Assembly: GCF_009914755.1 (NCBI RefSeq)
Contig: NC_060933.1
Reading direction: 5' to 3' (one strand)
DNA length: 64,000 nucleotides
Source of the DNA: the human T2T-CHM13v2.0 reference genome, Homo sapiens
In this document: positions 35,511 to 49,704 of the stretch, in pieces
How positions within the stretch are numbered: position 1 is the first letter of the stretch
Layout of the letters: every line of letters begins with the position of its first letter
Notes under the pieces: generated by a model
Told to the model about the DNA's origin: nothing
What the model saw: only the letters and a program-made list of their open reading frames with translations
The model's database searches: none
Position numbers and translations under genes: made by a program

Positions 35511-38500
35511 CTAACACTACTGAGGCTATTGACAGTGGCACTTTGCTCTTCTGTTAGAACCTTGGGAAAATTTCTTCCCCCTGAATACAGTATAATAAAC
35601 TTGGTTCTTATTTCTCTTTCTCTCCCCCTCCTTTTTTCTTCCCTCCCCACCACCACATGCATACACACAAATAGACAGATTTGTTTATATTTGACTTTCT
35701 AAAAACCTGTTACTAGAAAGGCACATTAATACATTTCTCCTGTGCTGATGGTAATCAGGCAACTCTGGTTTCTATTGGAGGCAATTTCTTACGTATTAAA
35801 TGCCAGAAAAAGGGCATCCTTCCGTTTTTGTAGAGAGCCTTTCTTTATGAAGACTAATGACCACATTAGTTAGTCAGTCAGTCAATAATACTTACCAAAT
35901 GTCAGTAGAGCCGAAGTGAACACCAACAGAAAATCACATTTTACAAATGCAATTTACTTGGTATCCTAACATGCCATGTCATAATAATTATTGAGGCTTT
36001 TCTTCTCTGCTGCATTGGTCTAATGAAAGTGGCTAGAAAAATATGGGTGCCCATGTAGCCTCCTGGAAGCACCTGTATGACTTTTCTAGAAGCGAGGTTC
36101 CTGGATAAAGATGAATTTTTAAAAGCTGGAATGAATGAGCAGCAATAGCAGAAGGAGAAAAGTGAGTGAGGGCTCTCCAAGAAGCCATCTGGCAGGCTAA
36201 GGGTTCTGAGGGAAGCTCTGGTTTCAGAAGCAACTCAGGAATTACTTCTGTCATATTAGGATGGGATGGTAGGAGATTGGGAACTCTAGGGACTAGAAGT
36301 CATTTAATTTCCTGTCTACAATCCTTAGAAGAGGTTTTGAGACTTGCAACCTAGGACCTTAACTAGTCATCTTCCCTCAGCATTGATAGAATTCTTTATT
36401 ATACATGTTAATATCAGATTAGTCAGGATGGGCTGGATTATGCTGTGTTAACAGCCATTCTCTAAATCTCTGTGGCTCACCAGGGAGCTCTGCCTGTCAT
36501 GGTCACTTGGGACCCAGGCTTTGGGTATAAGGCTACAGCACATGGAAAATGTATGAATGTCTCTCAGATTGTTAAAGCTTCAGCTGGAAGTGACATGTCA
36601 TTCTGCTCACAGTTCATTGGCTAAATGAGTCACGTGGCTCTCTCTAACTTCAAGGATGGTATGAAATTGCAATCCTACCATGTCTCTAGAAGGAGAACCA
36701 GCCCTAATCACAATGCTACATGTTTATAGCTTGCCTCATAGAGTTTACTGTATTCTCCTGGTATAATTTTCTTACATGCTCAACTGGAGAGGAAGCTCTT
36801 AAATAGAAAAAAAATCACAGTAAATTTCCTTTAAAAGATCTATTTTACAACTCTGGCATGATGGAGCACAATGGAGTCCTTAGTAATGGACTCCATCTCT
36901 TCCATCAGATAAAATCTTGAGAACTGAAGTTAAAATTTGAATAATGAAACCAAAGGGAAAACAAATTAAATGAATTTTAAGACACTTGAGATAAGAACAA
37001 CTGTGGCATCAGCACAATTCAATTTAATAATGTATTAATTATTTTGCAGAAAAGTGAAAACAAATTGATAGCCAAATCAATGCAGCATTAAGCCACCATT
37101 TGGTCTAATTTCTTGCTGAATTGACAAAACAAAACACTAGTTTAGTTATATAAACATGGCTGATGTTTATACAAACAACAGAATTTGCCGGTAGCATTAT
37201 CACTGGAAAATAAGATGTGTACTTAATTCTTGTATGTTCTGAGCCCATCTAGGAAGAACATAAAAGACGAAGAACAAAGCAATCACAGGATGTTATCATG
37301 AAAATATCACCTTTGGCTGGAGTAAAGTTTTGGCTAAATGTGGCACTAGTATTTATTACAGCTCACCTTTTTATAATGAAGGGCTATGGACCGAACATTC
37401 TTATTATTTCCCATTTTCTTACCACTCTATCCCAACACACATGCACATGCATGCACACACGCACACACACTGGCACCCACACCCATGCATGTGGGACACA
37501 CAGAGCAGCCTAGGCAATTTCAATTGTTGGCAGCTTTGCTTTTATTAGGTATTAGTCTACCGACTTGCTTTCTCTTTAGAGAGACTAAGTGAAACCAAAC
37601 TCATTTCCACCCAGTTAGCCTGCTGGAACCTGTAACAGTTACTGTAATGTTAAAAGCAGTAAAACAAAATAAAAACCAGTCAGTTCACTTACTCCCGAAG
37701 TCCGCAGTTTGGTGTTCAGCTTTAAAACATATGCTCTGGGTGTCCTGTGGTGGCTACCAGAGGCTTTGGTGAGTCATTGTCAACCCAGTGGCTAGAGAAG
37801 TGCTGGAATGCCCCTCTTAAATACAGAGCCAGTTTGTCCTTCAGAATGGCTGCTTGAACGAATTTATTGCTCAACTCGAAAGGCCGTTTTTTATAACCCA
37901 CTGCAGTTGTGCTTCATGTGTTTCTCCACCTATCCTGTAAAGCGTATTGTGAAATTAATTTTGTAGATTTCCTCACACTGCAGTGACTAGGGAAATCACC
38001 CATTCGTTATTATCTAATGAGGAGAAAGTGGAAACATCTAGAAGCACTGCTCCCATCCTCCTCCCCAGCCCACACAGACACCTACCTCAGGCCCTCCCTG
38101 TCCCAGGTGAGCAGAGGGCCCCACCTTTGGAGGTTGCCTCCCTTCCACCTTCACCAATCCTATGACCAGATTATCCCCAAGGAAATGTCAATCTCCAGGC
38201 AGCAAGGGAATCATATAAAGATAAGATCATTGAGAGATTTTTTTTCCTCCGTGATTGGCAGTTTATATTTTCTTGGGTCTACAAATCTGACAGTATTTAT
38301 TAAATTTTCTAGTTTGATACTGACGTCTGTCTGATGCTGGGCTGTCACCATGCCCAAGACTGAGGGGACCCACAGTCTAGCTAGAAGGCATGGATCAATT
38401 CCAACTGCCCTACCCCTAGCCTGTGGGCAGGAGAAAGCTCTCAGGCTCTGGCAGAGGAGTCCCAGGGGCAGGATGCATGATCTTCCACTGTGCCTCCCAG

Positions 38501-39423
38501 CCATGCTGAGCAGCAAAGCAGACCATGAGCACGTCTCCCTTAAATTCATTTGCTTGATTTGTCCTTGAGTGTCCTTGGATGGGTTTGTTCCCTCCTTGTG
38601 CAGTATGTCTTGGTCATCCTGATTCCTGGGCTTGGCTCCCAGGTTGATTCTTTCCCTGACACAAAACAGGCACTATGGGCAAAGACACCTGCAGCCTTGG
38701 AGAGACCAGTGATGCTGGATGTTTCCTGTTAGCACTCAGGAAAGCTCAGAGCCTTTGATGAGCATCTTTTGATCCATTAGTTAAAACCACGCTGGGTTCT
38801 TTATAGTGGTTAGTTAGCTCTGGGCTATGGGATTGTGGAAGACATTTATTTCTTCTTTGGATTCACCTGGATTTTCTGCAACGGACATGTATCGATAAAA
38901 TACACGGTGCTTTTAAGAAATTGCCCCATCATCATGTTGCTGTTGTTGTTATTGATATTGTTGTTTCTGATGGATAGAGATCTAGGCCTGACACTCCAAG
39001 CAGTGTGAACAGCATTTACCTTGATAAGCATTCTTACATCTTAACTCTCGGGAATTTTAAATAGAAGTGTTCCGTGTGATTAAATTAACAGGTTTAGAGA
39101 TGAGTGTCCTGGTTATTTCCTTTGTTCTCCTCCTGGTAGCTGCCTGCACTCACAGCATGTTGGGAATGGTGATTATAAATGTAACCATGCTCTCTTCTTG
39201 TAAGTGGAGAGCCCAGGTACCTCTTATCCAGCATGTGACCCTCTTTCTACCTCAGGATAGTCATACTCTTAGGCTTCCTGGATTTATTCAGGGCCAAGGA
39301 GTGGTCAAGGTCCTTTTTGTTTTGCCCTATTCCCTTTGGAAAACATTTAGTTTATGCCCATGTTACAGATTGCAAAATACAGGCACATATTCTCACTAAT
39401 GTGGTCTGCATGTCCCTTTGCAA

Positions 39424-39657
39424 GGATCACGAGGTCAGGAGATGGAGACCATCCTGGCTAACACAGTGAAACACAGTCTCTACTAAAAAATACAAAAAAA
39501 AAAAAAAATTATCTGGGCGTGGTGGTAGGTGCCTGTAGTCTCAGCTACTTGGGAGCCTGAGGCAGGAGAATGACGTGAACCCAGGAGGCAGAGCTTGCAG
39601 TGAGCCTAGATCGCACCACTGCACTCCAGCCTGGGCAACAGAGAGAGATTCTGACTC

Positions 39658-39693
<36 letters not shown>

Positions 39694-39703
39694 GAAAAGA
39701 AAA
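39424..39703 (+). mobile_element. 5'-truncated AluY-like inside an MLT1-like LTR
   Basis: GGATCACGAGGTCAGGAGATGGAGACCATCCTGGCTAACAC, (GAAAA)n tail. Confidence 0.88.
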
Positions 39704-40481
39704 GGAGCCTCTTTGCCTCTTTACCCTAATCTGGGCAAGCCTTGCAACCTGATTTGCCAAAAAAATATGAAGGAAGCAATGTGATGTGATTTTCCAGGCT
39801 AGAATGTAAGAAGCCTTGGAGCTTCTGCTTTTACTGTCTTCAGATGCTGCCTGAAACCACTGTAAGAAGCTCTAACCTACTGGAGGATAAGGGGTGAGCC
39901 CAAGAGCATCAAGGCTCCCATCAACAGCCAGTCCTGTGAGTGAGGCCATCTTGGACCTGCCAGCTCAGTAAACCCTTTTGCTGAACACAGCCCAAGGAAG
40001 GAACCCTTGCAAAATGAAATCATGTGGTCAGTTTGCGGGGTGGTTATTACACAGCAGTAGATGATTGAAAAGGCCCAGTGTCTTCCTGGGGACTGAAACA
40101 CCCACCTCCTGTTCATGTTGATACACGGTGAGCAGCATATGGATGTGGGAGTGGTGTTGGTTGCAGGTGAGGTAGAGAAGCAGTGAACAGAGCACGAAGA
40201 CCTGATGTTCCAGGGTCGGGAGTTTAGACTTGATCCTAACACCGGCCATAGGCGGATTTAGGCAAGAGAGTAACGTGGTCAGATTTTCATTTTAGAAAGT
40301 TACTCTGACATCCATGTGGAAAATGAACTTGAAGGTCACAAGGCTGATGGAGCCAGGAAGACCATTTGGGAGGTGATTGTAGTAATCTACTTACGAGTTC
40401 ATTACGAGCTGGGGAATGGGGAGGTGTTAGAGAAGAGAAAATGGATTTGAAGAGCTGAGGGATGTTAAAAAGGCAAAACTG

Positions 40482-40784
<303 letters not shown>

Positions 40785-42124
40785 CCGGAAAATTGTTGGG
40801 ACTTGTAATTAATTGGGTGAGGAAACTGAGTGGCAAATGGTCTCAGCTCTACACATGGAGAGCCCTGGGGACATAGGGAGAGCATATTTGGAAGGAAAGA
40901 TGATAATTTTAGTTCTTAAAATTTTGTTTGTGGAGGAGACATTCAGACAGAGAATTCTGTTGGGCAGTTTTATGTAGAGAACTACATCTAAAGAGGTCAG
41001 AAGTGAACTTCAATAAAATTGAGGTGACCAATGATCATCAGTTTTAAAGAGGACATATTTTCTTTTTCTGTTAAAGGGAACACACCTATGAGTCAGAAAG
41101 CCAGACTTTTATTTTTTCTCGCCAAAAGTTATTGTACAACCTACAGAAGAGAGTGTAAACACTGGTCTTTAAGATGAATTGTAAAGCTCTAAAGAGAATA
41201 AGAAAAATTGCGTTTCATGATTTATGATGGATAACATTTTAGAGTTGATTTCATAAGAGAATTCGTTAAGCCAATAGACAACCATGGCATTTTAACTGTA
41301 GTGTTTAAGTATCTTTAGCTCTGATTTTTTAATTAGCAGAAGCAAATAAAGAGAGCTTCGTTTTAACCATGAGAAATCTCTCTTCTGTATTTCATGTGAC
41401 TAAATTTGTCCAGACGCTGAAGTTCAAATAATCACAGTGATTGCCAATATAATGGTTAATTTCCTGAGAAGTAAGTTCATACTTTGCCACAGTTTGCTCC
41501 CCTGTAAGATCAGACAGAAAAATAAGAATAAAACCGACTAATAGCTATTGATTGCCTCTGGAACAGCTATCAATATAAAGAGCCAGACAAAACACATAAT
41601 AAAGAATTGTGTTAGTGCCAGAGAGACTTTAGAGATCATTTGCCCATCTCTTTACCTTCTCCCACTTGTTTCTGTCCCTCCACCCCACCAGCTCTGATAC
41701 AGACACACAGGATATTAGCAAAGGATAGTATTTGTTGAGAGCCTTTTGCGTGTCAGGCACTGCTTCTAAACGTTGTATAATACCAGCTCATTCAATCTTC
41801 AAATCAATGCTATACAGTAGGTACTCTTCTTCTTCTTTTTTTTTTTTTTTTAATTTTACAGCTGAGGGACTGAGGTATGGAGAGGTTAGGTAACTTGTTG
41901 AAGGACACCAAGCCAGTCAGGGTGCCACTGGACCTAAGACAAGGTAACCTGGCTCTGAGACCAACCCCACAGAGAAGTATGTGGATGCTGACAACACTGT
42001 AGGAAGTTACAAGGAGCAAAAGAATAGCAGCCTCAGCCCTGAATTCCACTGTAAGCTTCCCTCTAATCTTCCCTGCCTCACTCTCAATCAAATAAAGAGC
42101 TGATCAGGAAGCAACTATGCACGG

Positions 42125-42840
42125 TCTCCACAGTCTCTTATCTTAACCCAGACTCTCCTTTCTATTGATAGCAGGTCTGTAGATAATAATTCTTTCAACC
42201 AATTGACAATCAGAAAATCTTTGAATCTATCTATGACCTGTAAGCCCCATTACTTTGTATTTTCCTCCTTCCAGACCAAACCAATGCAGACCAAACCAAT
42301 GCAGAACTCCTATGTGCTGATGGTGGTCTTACATTTCCCTAAGTTTCTGCCGACTAAACTGTGCACACGTTCTCGGGACCTCCTGAAGCTGCGTCACAGG
42401 CACTAATCAAAGAACACAACCAAGGTGAGTCTCAATCATTTCAAGAAATCTATTTGCAAGGTTAAGGACACACCTGAGAAAAGAACAGAGAACCACAGGA
42501 AAAACTGTGGTCCGTGCTTTTCCCAAAGATTGTCTGGGGACCTCAGTAAGTAAAGGGGAAAAGTGTGGGTATTGGGGAAAGGGGAAGAAGTGGAAAAAAT
42601 GGGTGTGGGTAAATCAGAGGCAAATTGTTGCATTCTTCTGTCTTTGGTCAGCGTTCACTGAATACACATTTTACATGCGATGGAGGTAGAGGCAGGGATG
42701 TAGCTTTTTTATCTTTGTGTAATAGCTATCTTATTTAGGAACCAGATGGGAAGCAGGTTTGCATAAGCCAGTTCCCAGCTTGGCTTTTCCCTTTGGCTTA
42801 GTGAGTCTGGGGTCCCAGGATTTATTTTCCGTTCTCACAG
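42125..42840. mobile_element. Two oppositely oriented MER4-family LTR fragments (junction ~42420)
   Basis: 42130-42405 resembles the reverse complement of the 47030-47472 element. 42425-42840 ends CCCAGCTTGGCTTTTCCCTTTGGCTTAGTGA...GATTTATTTTCC, like that element. Confidence 0.7.
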
Positions 42841-43297
42841 GTTGTGGTCCTCACATTTGGCTCAAAATATTCAAAATTTTTTCCAGAGTTTGGCCTTTTC
42901 TTCAGCACTGGGAATTGTGATCCAAAGCTTTTCCTGATGAGGCACAAAGTTGGAGAAACAAAACGCAAACTAAACAACAATGAAACAGAACAGAGTGAAT
43001 CTGCTGTAGCTCAAGAGAGGACGTAGCTGCCCCCACTCCGCATCCCCGGGCTCGGGTTTGCCTTGCTGACCTCTGCTGTCACCTGGTGCTGCACAGAGAA
43101 ACTGAGGAGAAACCACATCAGTCTCCTTCAGCCTCAGCTTCACATCTGTGGGTCAAGCAACCCTTTCAGAAGCTGTATAATGTGGGAAAGCTTTCCTCTC
43201 AGGAAAATGCACACATCCAACTTTGAGAAGATGCCCTTGGGGGTGCTTCAAGGATCCTAGATAATAACCCCCTTTCCCGAACATCCAAGAACCTAAG

Positions 43298-43592
<295 letters not shown>

Positions 43593-44061
43593 CCAAGAAC
43601 CCAACTTTTAGATCTAGAGTGATGTCAGCATGACATTGATTTCCTGAGGCCCAGGGTTGAAGGAGCTGAGGACAGCAGAGGGGTGAAGGAAGTCAGCTAC
43701 AGACAGCAGCAGCTGATGCACAGGCCTCCCAGTGCCTGAAGTCACCCGGAATTGGGAAGTGCTCAGAAGCTTACAAAGCTGCCTCGAGGTGGGAACACAA
43801 CATTAATCCAAGAGCAGATCCCTGATCCTATAAAAATGTACTAGATGCAGTGGGGGCATTTTAAATGAGCAGGGAAGGACAGACAGATAAACAGAAGGAC
43901 AAACAGTATTGGGATTGGGATAAATGCTCAGCTTTTGCCCAAATCTTAGTGACTTAAGCATCACTTATTTGCTCACGATTCTGTGGCTGGACCGTTTGGT
44001 TTGGCTCACAGGGCAGGGACTGTGCTGGTCTTACCTGAGCAGACCTGCGTGTCTGCGGTCA

Positions 44062-44231
44062 ACTGGGTTGGCAGAGACAGAGTGACTGTCTTCCTCCAGG
44101 AAGCAGCAGGTTAACTGGTTGGCAGAGACAGAGGGACTGAGGGACTGTCTCCCTCCAGGAAGCAGCAGGTTAACTGGTTGGCAGAGACAGAGGGACAGAG
44201 GGACTGTCTTCCTCCAGGAAGCAGCAGGTTG
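44062..44231. repeat. Minisatellite, 3 copies of 52-59 bp, within an MLT1-like LTR
   Basis: ACTGGTTGGCAGAGACAGAGGGAC(T/A)GAGGGACTGTCTYCCTCCAGGAAGCAGCAGGTT; the first copy is shorter. Confidence 0.9.
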
Positions 44232-46150
44232 GCTCTGGTTCCTTCGTGGGGCAGCTGGTCTCCAGGGCAGCAAGAGAGACCAAGCCCCCGTGCACATTCT
44301 ACAGCCTCTGTGCACATCAGACTTGTTAATATCCCATTGGCCAGTGCAAGTCACACGGCCAAGCCCAGATTAAGGAGTGGAAAGATGGACGCTATCTCCT
44401 CCTGGGAGAGGAGGCAAAGGAGGTGAGAGCATTATGTGGCCACTTATGTTTGCAATCTACCATACTTAGCCCTTTGAGAAAAGAATTAACTGAGAAACTT
44501 GCTTCAAATAGGGCATTCAGTAAAATGAAGCCCCAATTGAAGTAAAATGCATATATAAAAAATGAAACTGTGACCGATTTTAAGGACAGTATTGGCAAAT
44601 ATTTCTGTGCTCTTGGAGGAGAAGACCCTTATTGGCATGACATGTCAGAGACCACAATGAAAGAATTATTTTAACTTGCATTCATAAAAATTAAAATTAT
44701 TCATTAAAAACATCGTGAATGAAATTAAAAGTCAAAATGTAAGCCAGAAAATTATTTACAACATATGTGTCAGGAAAAGACAATACACTTCAGACTTTGA
44801 GAGTTTACATCAGAAAGAAAATAGCAAATGACATGATCCAAACTTGATAAAGGACATGAAAAAGAGCCAGCACTTAGTATGTTTTCTGAATGAATAAGTA
44901 GCCAACAGCACATGAAAATGTGTGTAATCCACTTGTAAGCAGAGAAATGCAAATTAAAACAGTAAAGTGTCATTTTCACTTCCTGGATTGGCAAAGGGTT
45001 TTATGTATTTTACTGACAGTGCTCAACATTAGCAGTAAACAACAAATGGTGAGTAAATATGAGCTTCGGAACCTCAGGGAAATGATCTCCTTATTTCAAC
45101 CTGCAGATTCCTTCCTACAACCAGTGTAGAGCAGAGTACCAGGACGGGCCATTGAGCACCCTGGTGTTGAGATCAAGTGGCCTCTAGTCAGAGTTGGGTC
45201 AGGGCCACTGTGAGTGGGCTGCCCCCAACATGAGTCAGCTGTCTAGGACTAGTTTATCTCTGCTTCTCACTTTACTGGTATTATGGGGCAGCTCCTGCTG
45301 TCTTCCAATTTGGTGTCTTCCAAATCGGCACCGTCTTTTAAAGTTGAGTTTCTTGTTATTCTCACCTGATATACCTTATTTATCCCACACCCACCCCAAT
45401 AACATATCGTGCTCAGTGTTATCTTTGAGACAACACTTGAATTTTACTCAGCCTGGAGCGCTCTTCACATGTCTTGTCCAGATCCAGTTCGGACTCATTC
45501 TTCAGCCGTGCATCAGTAAATGGGGGCTAGGTTAAACTGTGGTGACAAACAACCTCCAAATTTCAGTGGCTCAAAAATCTTCTTCCTCATTTATTTACAT
45601 TTCATCATGGGTCAGGTGAGAGGTAGCTCTGTGCTGTGTCATCCTAACACAGGAATCCAGACGGAAGGAGGGACAATCAATAAGATCCCCATTGCTATAG
45701 AAAAGAGAAAAAAGTATGCGGAATAGCACTCTGTTTCTTGGAGATTTCTCCTGAAAAAGTCACATGTTATTTCTTCTCACCTCCATTGGCAAAAAAAAAG
45801 TCATGTGGCCATGTGAAAATGTAAGTAGGCGGGATGGAACAGTCAGAATGCATTCATAAAATATGAACTGAAAATATCTGGAGAACAGCACCTATGACTA
45901 CCACGAATGCCAACATGCATCCCTAACAACCCAGTGCTGTCACCCTCCAAACTTTTTATGTCTTGCAAAGTATTAGAACTTCTTATCTGAAGCCATACCA
46001 CTCAGAGGGAATGCAAAATACATATTGACATCTCCTTTAGGATGTCCTTAGAGAATTCAAGGAAAAGAAGTTAAATAATTTAAAAGTGCTTTTGGGTACA
46101 GCTATTTAGCACTAGAGGGTAAGATTAGACATAGATTGTAAAGATAATAA

Positions 46151-46336
46151 TAGGGTTAGGGATAGGATTAGGATCTGGGTCAGAGTCAGGGCCAGAAGTA
46201 TGGTTAGAGGTGGGGTCATGGTCAGGGTCGAGATCAAAGTCAGGGTCAAAGTAAGGGTCAGAATTAGGGACCAGGATAGGGATCAAGATTTAGGTTCAGT
46301 GTCAAAGTCTTGGGACAAGGTTAGGGTTAGAATTAG
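46151..46336 (+). repeat. Degenerate interstitial telomere-like sequence (ITS)
   Basis: 6-bp periodic TAGGGT/TTAGGG/TCAGGG/TCAAAG units, same polarity as the terminal tract. Confidence 0.85.
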
Positions 46337-46799
46337 AACCAGAGCTTTGTTCTCCTCAGGTCCCACCCGAGGGTGGGTCACCATGGCTTTGGAGCACCTG
46401 GTAGTGTGGTGTGTCCACAGTGAAGACCAGAGTTTCGTTGTCCTTAAGACTGACCTGGGAGACGTGGCTGCAGGCCATTGAGGAAGGTGAGGCAACAGCT
46501 TCCTGTCTGCTCCCCGTGTGCTGAGGAGGGAGTTCTGCCATGGGCTTTACTTTCACATGTTATATTCCACAAGTCTTGTTTTACAAAAGCATCCCTTCCT
46601 TGAGGCTTCGGCTGCTCATCGCTGCTCATCATCATAGCGTGCCATAACATATAGTAAGATTTGGGTTTGTTTCTGGGGAGATATCTTGGTATAGAGAAAG
46701 GAGAAATGCTTAGAGCCACCATCAGGACAGTTGGGATGAAAGTTGGGTATAGGCAGAGGCTGGAGGAAACATGTGCATCCCCTGTAAACACTTTTATTC

Positions 46800-48130
46800 A
46801 TGTTTTAATTACTCATTTTTCTTACAGTGTTAAATTAGTAAAGATAGTATTGAAAAATTGAAAAGTAGGCATATTAAAACTTGCAACACTATTTAAGCCT
46901 AGATATATTATTTGTACCTCATCAACATTTTTTATTGTGTTGAGAAAGTTTAAGGTTAATTGACAGCATATTTCTAATAGTAGATAGAATAACATCCCTT
47001 TTATAAACATTGACATCCTACATTACATGTGTGAACCCTGAAAATCTGAGACAGCTCTCAGATTTTTTAGAAAGTTTATTTTGCCAATCTTGAGGATGTG
47101 CGCCTGTGATGCCTCCTCAGGAGATCCTGACAACATGGGCCCAAGGTGGTCGGGGCACAGCTTGGTTTTATACACTTTAGGGAGACACGAGAGATCAATC
47201 AATACGTGTAAGATGTACATTGGTTCAGTCCAGAAAGGTGAGAAGGCCAGACAGGGGGCTTCCAGGTCACAGGTAGGTAAGAGACAAATGGTTTCATTCT
47301 TTTGCATTGCTGATTACCCTCTCCATGTGAGGCAATCAGGTATGCATTTATCTAGGTGATCAGACGGGTGTCTTTGGATAGAATGGGAGGCGGGTTTGCC
47401 CTAAGCAGTTCCCAGCTTGACTTTTCCCTTTAGCTTAGTGATTTTGAGTCCCCAAGATTTATTTTCCCTTCGTAAGTGTTCCTATGAGTATTAATTATTC
47501 ATTGTGTCTTTTATTACACAAATAAGGCACAGATTTTTAAGAAATCATCAACTTCATGGCTACCTATATAGACATAATTACACAGAAGCTCAACTAAATT
47601 TGCAAACATTCCAGAGTTTGGGTTTCCAATAATTCTTTGTGATTCTTTAAAAGGTAAAGTATTTTTTCCCATAAAACATAGCAACATTTAAAATCACCCG
47701 TAGAATGTCCCGCCATTTTTGTTTTTCTAGTTTCCTCATTTTCTGCAAATCCTCGCTGAGGAAATTGACTTTGAATATCCTTTTAGACTCTTTTGTTTTA
47801 GAAAGCATTGTGGTAAAACATTGAATCATCATGGTCATAAGTTCTGTTCACATTCTTTCTTTCTTTGAATATTTTTTCCCAGTGGCCAATATTTGATTCT
47901 GTTGTATTATGGCTAAAAGGTAGGCATGGGAACAAAATAAAGACAAGAAGTCTTTGGAATAATTGATCCCATCACAATGAATCAATTTGCCATTGGAACA
48001 TGTTTTTACAAAGTCACTCTTTTGAAAATATTCAGCTATGACTTGAAACAGAGTCTGTATGGTTAATATTTTTCCTGGTCTAAGGTGAACAGCATTTTAG
48101 AGAATGAACCCAGGACACAACCACAGCACA
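46800..48130 (-). mobile_element. Decayed hAT (Tip100/Zaphod-like) transposase remnant, split by MER4
   Basis: Minus-strand peptides NGKLIHCDGINYSKDFLSLFC (ZnF_TTF-like), KQKWRDILRVILNVAMFYGKK, IIGNPNSGMFANLVELLCNY, YLCNKRHNE*LILIG (DUF4371-like). Confidence 0.6.
47030..47472. mobile_element. MER4A-type ERV1 solo LTR
   Basis: TGTGAACCCTGAAAATCTGAGACAG...CCCAAGGTGGTCGGGGCACAGCTTGGTTTTATACA...GATTTATTTTCCC. Confidence 0.85.
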
Positions 48131-48389
48131 AGAAAAAAATATGATAATTAAGTTTACACATATTGTTACTACTGTAACAGAAAACATGTAAAGGACATTT
48201 GTTTTGATTTATATATCAGTCTGCACTGTTTAATTTTTTGTGTCATAATTGCTCTTATTTTAAAAAACAGGACTAGTTAACAGTGTCAATTACTAGTAAT
48301 TCATGGTATAAATAATTAAACAAGGAAGTGTTAAAAAAACAGTGTTTTAAATAAAGTTTTATTTTACGTCTTTTTTTTACTTACACAGA

Positions 48390-49700
48390 AATCGTCAAAA
48401 AAAAAAAGCAGAGATTTCCCATGTAGCCGCAACCTAGTTTCCTCTCTTATTAACATCTTCTATCAGTGTGTCTCACATGGCTTATTAATATCTTACATAA
48501 TTTGCCGCAGTTAATGAACCAATACTGATAGACTGTTATTAACTGAAGTTCATATTTCATTTGGATTCCCTTAGTTCTATCTTACTCTGACCCAGGATCC
48601 CATCCAGGATCCCGCACGACATATAGTCATCACATAAGCTCTTCCTGGCTGTGACAGTGTGTCAGGCTTTCCATCTCATGATGACCTTCATAGCACTGAG
48701 GAGGATTGGTCAGGAATTTTGTAGAATGCCCCCCATTGTCACTTCATGTTCTCAAGGTGAACTGTCAGCTTTGATATTCACTTGGATCATTTGGCAGAGC
48801 TACTGTTTGTCAGATTTCTCCACTGTGAAGTTATTTTTCCTCCTTGTCCGTACTGCATGTGTTCTTTTGGAGCAAGTCACTATGCAGAGCCCACACTTAC
48901 GGAGTGAGGAGTTGGCTCCACCTTCTTGATGGCTGAGTGTCTACATCAGTTATTTGGAATTCTTTTGCAAAGGAGATTTCTATGCAACTCCATTTGCTTA
49001 TTCACCTAGGTATACAAATACAGACACCTAGATAATTACTTTAAGCTTTAGTTATTATTCGACACTATAGCATTATGTTGCACAATTCCTTCCTGTGTTG
49101 GCCATCGGTAGCTGTTTTTATTGGCTTTTATTTTTGTTTGATATATTTTAATTTTTTTAGTACTTACTTTCTGATACTTCCAGATTATCCTGGCTCCTAT
49201 ATTTACTGTCCCAGTTCTAGTATCAGACATTTCTTCAAAGAGCCTGATTCCTTTCAGAATGGTGGGAAAACTTACATGTGGCTGTTGAATGCACATTGTA
49301 TCTTGTCCCTCATTAGCAATGCTAGGAAGTATATGTGCGTGTCTAACCTACCTACACACACCTAATTATAAAGTTTTCTATGTAGATCTGTGTGTATCTA
49401 TATTAAACTAAGCATAAGTTTACGTTGATGTCTCCACCTCTGATCTACTATCACAGGAATCATTCTAGCCTTCTCGTCTTGCTAATTTGTAACCTCCCAC
49501 TTCAACAGTGAGAAAGCTGGTTCCCACCATCTGCGACTTATGTAAGTCATTGTTTTACTCCAGATACAGACACTGTGGTTTTACAATTGTTCACAATTGC
49601 TTCTGTTGGAAAGAACTTTATAAAATGGAATCCAATAATGAAGTATAGTTCATGTGCCTTCAGCCTACAGATTCTATTTATTTTCAAAGTTTTTACCTAG
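48390..49700 (-). mobile_element. L1MC-like 3' fragment
   Basis: CCCAGGATCCCATCCAGGATCCC...TTGGTCAGGAATTTTGTAGAATGCCC motifs. Confidence 0.6.
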
Positions 49701-49704
49701 ATTT

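Noticed and set aside
46360-46486. Faint peptide resemblance (GW..LE..SEDQ) to an F-box protein exon
   Set aside because: Too few identities to call without an alignment.
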